Assembly (NCBI GenBank): GCA_965217035.1
Contig: OZ244226.1
Coordinates: 2,338,146-2,402,145 of the forward strand
Direction of reading: 5' to 3'
DNA: 64,000 bases
From: Bacteriovoracaceae bacterium
GTDB lineage: Bacteria > Bdellovibrionota > Bacteriovoracia > Bacteriovoracales > Bacteriovoracaceae
In this document: positions 60,580 through 64,000 of the stretch, piece after piece
How the letters are laid out: each line of letters starts with the position of its first letter
Position numbering within the stretch: position 1 is the stretch's first letter
Made by a program: the position numbers and the translations under genes
Notes under the pieces: model-generated
Told to the model about the DNA's origin: nothing
Database searches by the model: none
The model's input: only the letters and a program-made list of their open reading frames with translations

Positions 60580-60630
60580 TTTTTCTCCTTTGAATTACTT
60601 TAAGGATACTTGTTTTCTTAATAGTAAACT

Positions 60631-60644
60631 TTGATGGAGATCAA
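60631..60644. promoter_or_regulatory. FNR-type box upstream of tauE-like gene
   Basis: TTGAT-GGAG-ATCAA perfect consensus. Confidence 0.8.
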
Positions 60645-60648
60645 ACTT

Positions 60649-61251
60649 TTAGGTGTATTCAAGTAATTTTTCAATATTGGGGATATTGAAGTCACGACCC
60701 TTCTTATCAATCAGAGATTCAGCCTCTAATTTAGTCATCACTCTAGTAACTGATTCAAAGGATGTGCAAGAGTAATCAGAGATCTGCTTTCTCGTCCATA
60801 CTTTTGTAGGGTATTTAAGTTTTAAGTAAACCATTGATTCTATTATTCTTTTTTGAGCGGAGTGATCCTTTAAATTTGCTAAACGTAGCTCTGCGATTTT
60901 AAGATCCTTGGCAATGATCTTAGTAACTTCTTTAATGAGTTTAGGGCTAGACTCGCATATCTGGTCACACGTTTTAGTTGAGATTGAATTAATTATTACG
61001 TTAGTAAGGGCCATTGAAGTAGCGTGGTACTCCTCGTTAGCGAAATAAGAGCGGTGTCCAAGTATATTATCTTTATCAAATACTCTAAGGAAGGTTTCCT
61101 TCCCGTCTTCTGAAAGATGGAATAGTCCGACGAGACCCTCTTCTATAAAGTAAACAGAGTCTGGTTTATCACCAGCATGATAGAGAATTTCACCCTTTTT
61201 GAGTGAAATCTTTGTAATTAAAGTGGAATCTAATGATTTTAGATCGATCAT
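60649..61251 (-). CDS. Crp/Fnr family transcriptional regulator
   Basis: cNMP-fold (LKKGEILY..GD..VYFIEEG, SEDGKE), HTH 'TRKQISDY..TSFESVTR'; start taken at MIDLK. Confidence 0.92.
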   Translation of the reverse strand: MIDLKSLDSTLITKISLKKGEILYHAGDKPDSVYFIEEGLVGLFHLSEDGKETFLRVFDKDNILGHRSYFANEEYHATSMALTNVIINSISTKTCDQICESSPKLIKEVTKIIAKDLKIAELRLANLKDHSAQKRIIESMVYLKLKYPTKVWTRKQISDYSCTSFESVTRVMTKLEAESLIDKKGRDFNIPNIEKLLEYT

Positions 61252-61263
61252 ATTATTCAAAAC

Positions 61264-61277
61264 TTGACGGCGATCAA
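61264..61277. promoter_or_regulatory. FNR-type box between regulator and persulfide dioxygenase operon
   Basis: TTGAC-GGCG-ATCAA. Confidence 0.75.
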
Positions 61278-61341
61278 AGTTTTCTACTCCCTTGTTTAAT
61301 ATATTATGTATAGCACAAGTGAGATACATTAAGGAGGCAAT

Positions 61342-62202
61342 ATGTTAAAAGTTAAAGATTTTTTCGATAAGGCAACTTATACGTTAACCTACGTTGTTTA
61401 TGATGAAAACACAAAAGACGCTATTATTATTGATCCTGTGTGGGACTATGATCAAGCATCATCAATAGTACACACAGCATCTGTAGATGAGGTTGAAAAC
61501 TTTGTAAACTCTAATGATTTGAAATTACATTACATACTTGAAACCCACGCACATGCTGATCATCTCACAGGTGCTGTTGAACTTAAAAAAAGATTTCCCG
61601 ATGCTAAAGTTGGAATCGGGAAGCACATTACAAAAGTTCAAGAAACTTTTAAGGAAATTTTTAATTTCAAGGATTTTAATACCAGTGGTGTTCAATTTGA
61701 TGTTTTACTTGATGAAACCGAGCTTCTAAAAGCAGGAAGTATTGAAATTAAAACTATTTTTACCCCTGGACATACTCCAGCTTGCTCAAGCTATCTGATT
61801 GAAGACGTGGTTTTTACTGGAGATGCTCTCTTTATGCCAGATTATGGAACAGGAAGATGTGATTTTCCAATGGGGTCAGCAAAAGATCTCTACAACTCTG
61901 TTCATGGAAAACTTTATAAGCTTCCAGATACTACAAAAGTATATACAGGGCATGATTATCAACCAGGCGGAAGAGAGCTTAAGTTCGTTTCTACAATAGG
62001 TGAAAGTAAAGAGAATAACATTCAATTAAAACAACAAACAACAGAAGAAGAGTATGTAAAATTTAGAACCGAAAGAGATAAAAAACTTTCTACACCAAAA
62101 CTTCTACTTCCGAGCATTCAAGTGAATATCGATGGAGGGAAGCTACCTTCAGCTGAAGATAATGAAGTTAGTTATCTTAAAATTCCAGTGAGGAACAAGT
62201 AA
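61342..62202 (+). CDS. Persulfide dioxygenase (Blh/PDO, MBL fold)
   Basis: ETHAHADH, TPGHTPAC, GDALFMPDYGTGRCDFP, GHDY, YLKIP. Confidence 0.92.
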   Translation: MLKVKDFFDKATYTLTYVVYDENTKDAIIIDPVWDYDQASSIVHTASVDEVENFVNSNDLKLHYILETHAHADHLTGAVELKKRFPDAKVGIGKHITKVQETFKEIFNFKDFNTSGVQFDVLLDETELLKAGSIEIKTIFTPGHTPACSSYLIEDVVFTGDALFMPDYGTGRCDFPMGSAKDLYNSVHGKLYKLPDTTKVYTGHDYQPGGRELKFVSTIGESKENNIQLKQQTTEEEYVKFRTERDKKLSTPKLLLPSIQVNIDGGKLPSAEDNEVSYLKIPVRNK

Positions 62203-62618
62203 TGAATGGTACGATCATAGTCCCTCTCTTAGGAGGAGTATTTATTGGTTTGTCTAGTGCTCTTATGATGCTCCTTTTGGGGAGGATTACTGGAATCAGC
62301 GGTATTCTAGCAACTTCTTTTTCAAGTTTTAATGATCGCAATGAAGACTGGAGAAGATTCTTCATTTTTGGTTTATTCCTGGGAGGAATATTCTTAAAAC
62401 AATTCTTTCCAAGTCACTTTGAATTTGAAATATCAACCTCTTTATCCAAAATTATCATTGCAGGATTATTGGTTGGCTTTGGAACAAGACTAGGAAGTGG
62501 CTGCACTTCTGGGCATGGGGTTTGCGGATTACCACGATTTTCTAAAAGATCATTTGTGGCGACATTAACTTTTATGCTCTCTGGGGTGACTACTGTTTTA
62601 ATAATGAGGTTTGTATGA
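62202..62618 (+). CDS. YeeE/YedE sulfur transport membrane protein
   Basis: GRITGISGI, GFGTRLGSGCTSGHGVCG. Confidence 0.92.
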   Translation: MNGTIIVPLLGGVFIGLSSALMMLLLGRITGISGILATSFSSFNDRNEDWRRFFIFGLFLGGIFLKQFFPSHFEFEISTSLSKIIIAGLLVGFGTRLGSGCTSGHGVCGLPRFSKRSFVATLTFMLSGVTTVLIMRFV

Positions 62619-63028
62619 ATAGTTTAATATCTCTTTTGCTAGGAGTTTTGTTTGCAGTAGGACTGGTAATTTCAGGAATGATAAACCCAGAGAAAGTAAT
62701 TGGTTTTCTCGATGTTTTCGGGAACTGGGATCATTCGCTTGCTTTTGTCATGGGGGGAGCCGTTGGTTTACAGTTTATTCTCTTGCCGATAATTTTTTTA
62801 AAGAAACCTGTGTTTTCAAAAGTTTTTTATTTGCCGAAAAAAAATGATCTAGAACCAAGTCTTATCATTGGTTCTGCGTTATTTGGAATAGGTTGGGGGA
62901 TTGCTGGAGTTTGCCCGGGACCTGCTATTGTCAATATAGCAAGGTTTGATTCTCAAAGTATTGTGTTTATGATCGTAATGCTCATTGGGATGTTTCTACA
63001 TTCGATCTTAAAAAGGAAATTGTCATGA
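62615..63028 (+). CDS. YeeE/YedE-associated (DUF6691-type) membrane protein
   Basis: SGMINPEKVIGFLD..G.WD.SL.FVM, GWGIAGVCPGP. Confidence 0.92.
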   Translation: MNSLISLLLGVLFAVGLVISGMINPEKVIGFLDVFGNWDHSLAFVMGGAVGLQFILLPIIFLKKPVFSKVFYLPKKNDLEPSLIIGSALFGIGWGIAGVCPGPAIVNIARFDSQSIVFMIVMLIGMFLHSILKRKLS

Positions 63029-63513
63029 ATAAGCTAGACTTAACAGACATAGAAGAAAGTATTGAAATAAATGGCTTTAATCATTTTTCACGAGTAGATA
63101 ATATTTTCTGTTCATCAAAGATCACAGATGAAAAACAAGTTTCTGATTTAAAAAAGTTCAATATAAAAAAAGTAGTTGATTTGAAACTAGAAGATGAAAC
63201 AAGCTTTGATGATCAAAAAGTGATGACTTCGAATGGATTAAATTACATTCACTTCCCTGTGAGTAGCTTTGATAGTATTGCTTTTGAAAATCTTCAGAAG
63301 TTTTCAGAGTATATAGAGAGTAGTGATCAAAATATTTTAGTTTATTGTATGTCTTCAAATAGAGTTGGTGCAATGTTATCTTTATATCTAGCGAAGATAT
63401 GTGGACATCCTAAAAAAAGAGCTATTGAAATTGGCACTAAAATGGGTATGAAAAGAGAGTCGCTGCAGGAAAAAATAATGGAAATTATAAAGTACGAAGA
63501 AGTTACAACATGA
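63025..63513 (+). CDS. DUF442-like sulfurtransferase / PTP-fold protein
   Basis: VVDLK..E, YIHFPV, VYCMSSNRVG (CX5R-like loop). Confidence 0.75.
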   Translation: MNKLDLTDIEESIEINGFNHFSRVDNIFCSSKITDEKQVSDLKKFNIKKVVDLKLEDETSFDDQKVMTSNGLNYIHFPVSSFDSIAFENLQKFSEYIESSDQNILVYCMSSNRVGAMLSLYLAKICGHPKKRAIEIGTKMGMKRESLQEKIMEIIKYEEVTT

Positions 63514-64000
63514 AAAAAATTATAATTGCCGGAGCTGACTCTGGAGAAACCTGTGTTACTGAGAAGAGCTTAAAAAGGAATATCTTTCTTATTTTGTTTT
63601 CTTTATTATCAAATATTTCATATGCATCTGAAAAACAAGCACTAGACTTGATTAAGTCTTTAGGTAAGGATCTCCAAAAAGAGTTAAAAAAAGGGCTGAA
63701 AAAATCAACAGTGGGGGCCTTAAGGGCCTGTAACTTAAAAGCTCCTGTGATAGCTGATAAGTATAGTCTAGACAATATTCATGTGGGCCGAGTCAGTATA
63801 AAAAATAGAAGTCCTCAAAATGTACCAAAAAAATGGATGTTTGAGACCATTAATTTATACCACTCTGGAAAAATTAAAAATGGATATAAAGTTGTCAAAA
63901 TAAGTCACGGTAGAAAAGGAATTTTAAAGCCTATTAAAACAATGCCCGTTTGTCTTCAATGTCACGGAATAAATATTTCAACTAATGTAAAAACTGAAAT
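63510..64000 (+). CDS. DUF3365/Tll0287-like c-type heme protein (runs off window end)
   Basis: Hand translation: ACNLKAP, GRVSIKNRSPQN.P, KPIKTMPVCLQCHG (CxxCH). Confidence 0.8.
   Translation, partial: MKKIIIAGADSGETCVTEKSLKRNIFLILFSLLSNISYASEKQALDLIKSLGKDLQKELKKGLKKSTVGALRACNLKAPVIADKYSLDNIHVGRVSIKNRSPQNVPKKWMFETINLYHSGKIKNGYKVVKISHGRKGILKPIKTMPVCLQCHGINISTNVKTE

Noticed and set aside
1..64000. CRISPR array, cas genes, retron/RT or known anti-phage defence genes
   Set aside because: No regularly spaced repeat-spacer array and no RT, nuclease or Cas motifs recognised in any ORF.

Overview
AT-rich bacterial chromosome segment. The gene repertoire suggests a Bdellovibrionota/Bacteriovoracaceae-like organism; this is an inference, not proven. 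(1) 1-16.9 kb is housekeeping and envelope genes: fliL, ald, an M16 peptidase pair, an L,D-peptidase/NTF2 + bactofilin operon, GGDEF, an M48 peptidase, gloB, bcp, TPR, LysM and DUF368. (2) 17.1-42.1 kb is a ~25 kb island integrated at tRNA-Arg(TCG), bounded by a 49-bp direct repeat (17139-17187 / 42089-42137). It has no intact integrase and is packed with general-stress genes: 2x MscS, SodC, 2x DUF2383 ferritin-like, BON, YbhP/ClsB, Dps, YqaE, YqjG-type GST, OmpA and an OB-fold protein. It also holds two decayed IS elements, several pseudogenes, and a recurrent TGT-N12-ACA operator-like motif, mostly 66-91 bp before start codons. (3) 42.1-64 kb is a further accessory-looking region: a sigma54-type lipoprotein, GdhA, an HPF-like trio divergent from two Hsp20 genes, and a GldA/F/G-like ABC system with DUF4340. 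It continues with a tightly coupled cassette of circularly permuted ATP-grasp ligase + AstE/M14-type deacylase + minimal Ser/Thr kinase + PP2C phosphatase + DUF2391, which is the best candidate for an undescribed system. It ends with a Crp/Fnr-controlled persulfide/sulfur-detox cluster with two FNR boxes and a probable scar of a deleted flavoprotein (sqr-like) gene. All family assignments come from motif recognition by eye; no database search was run.
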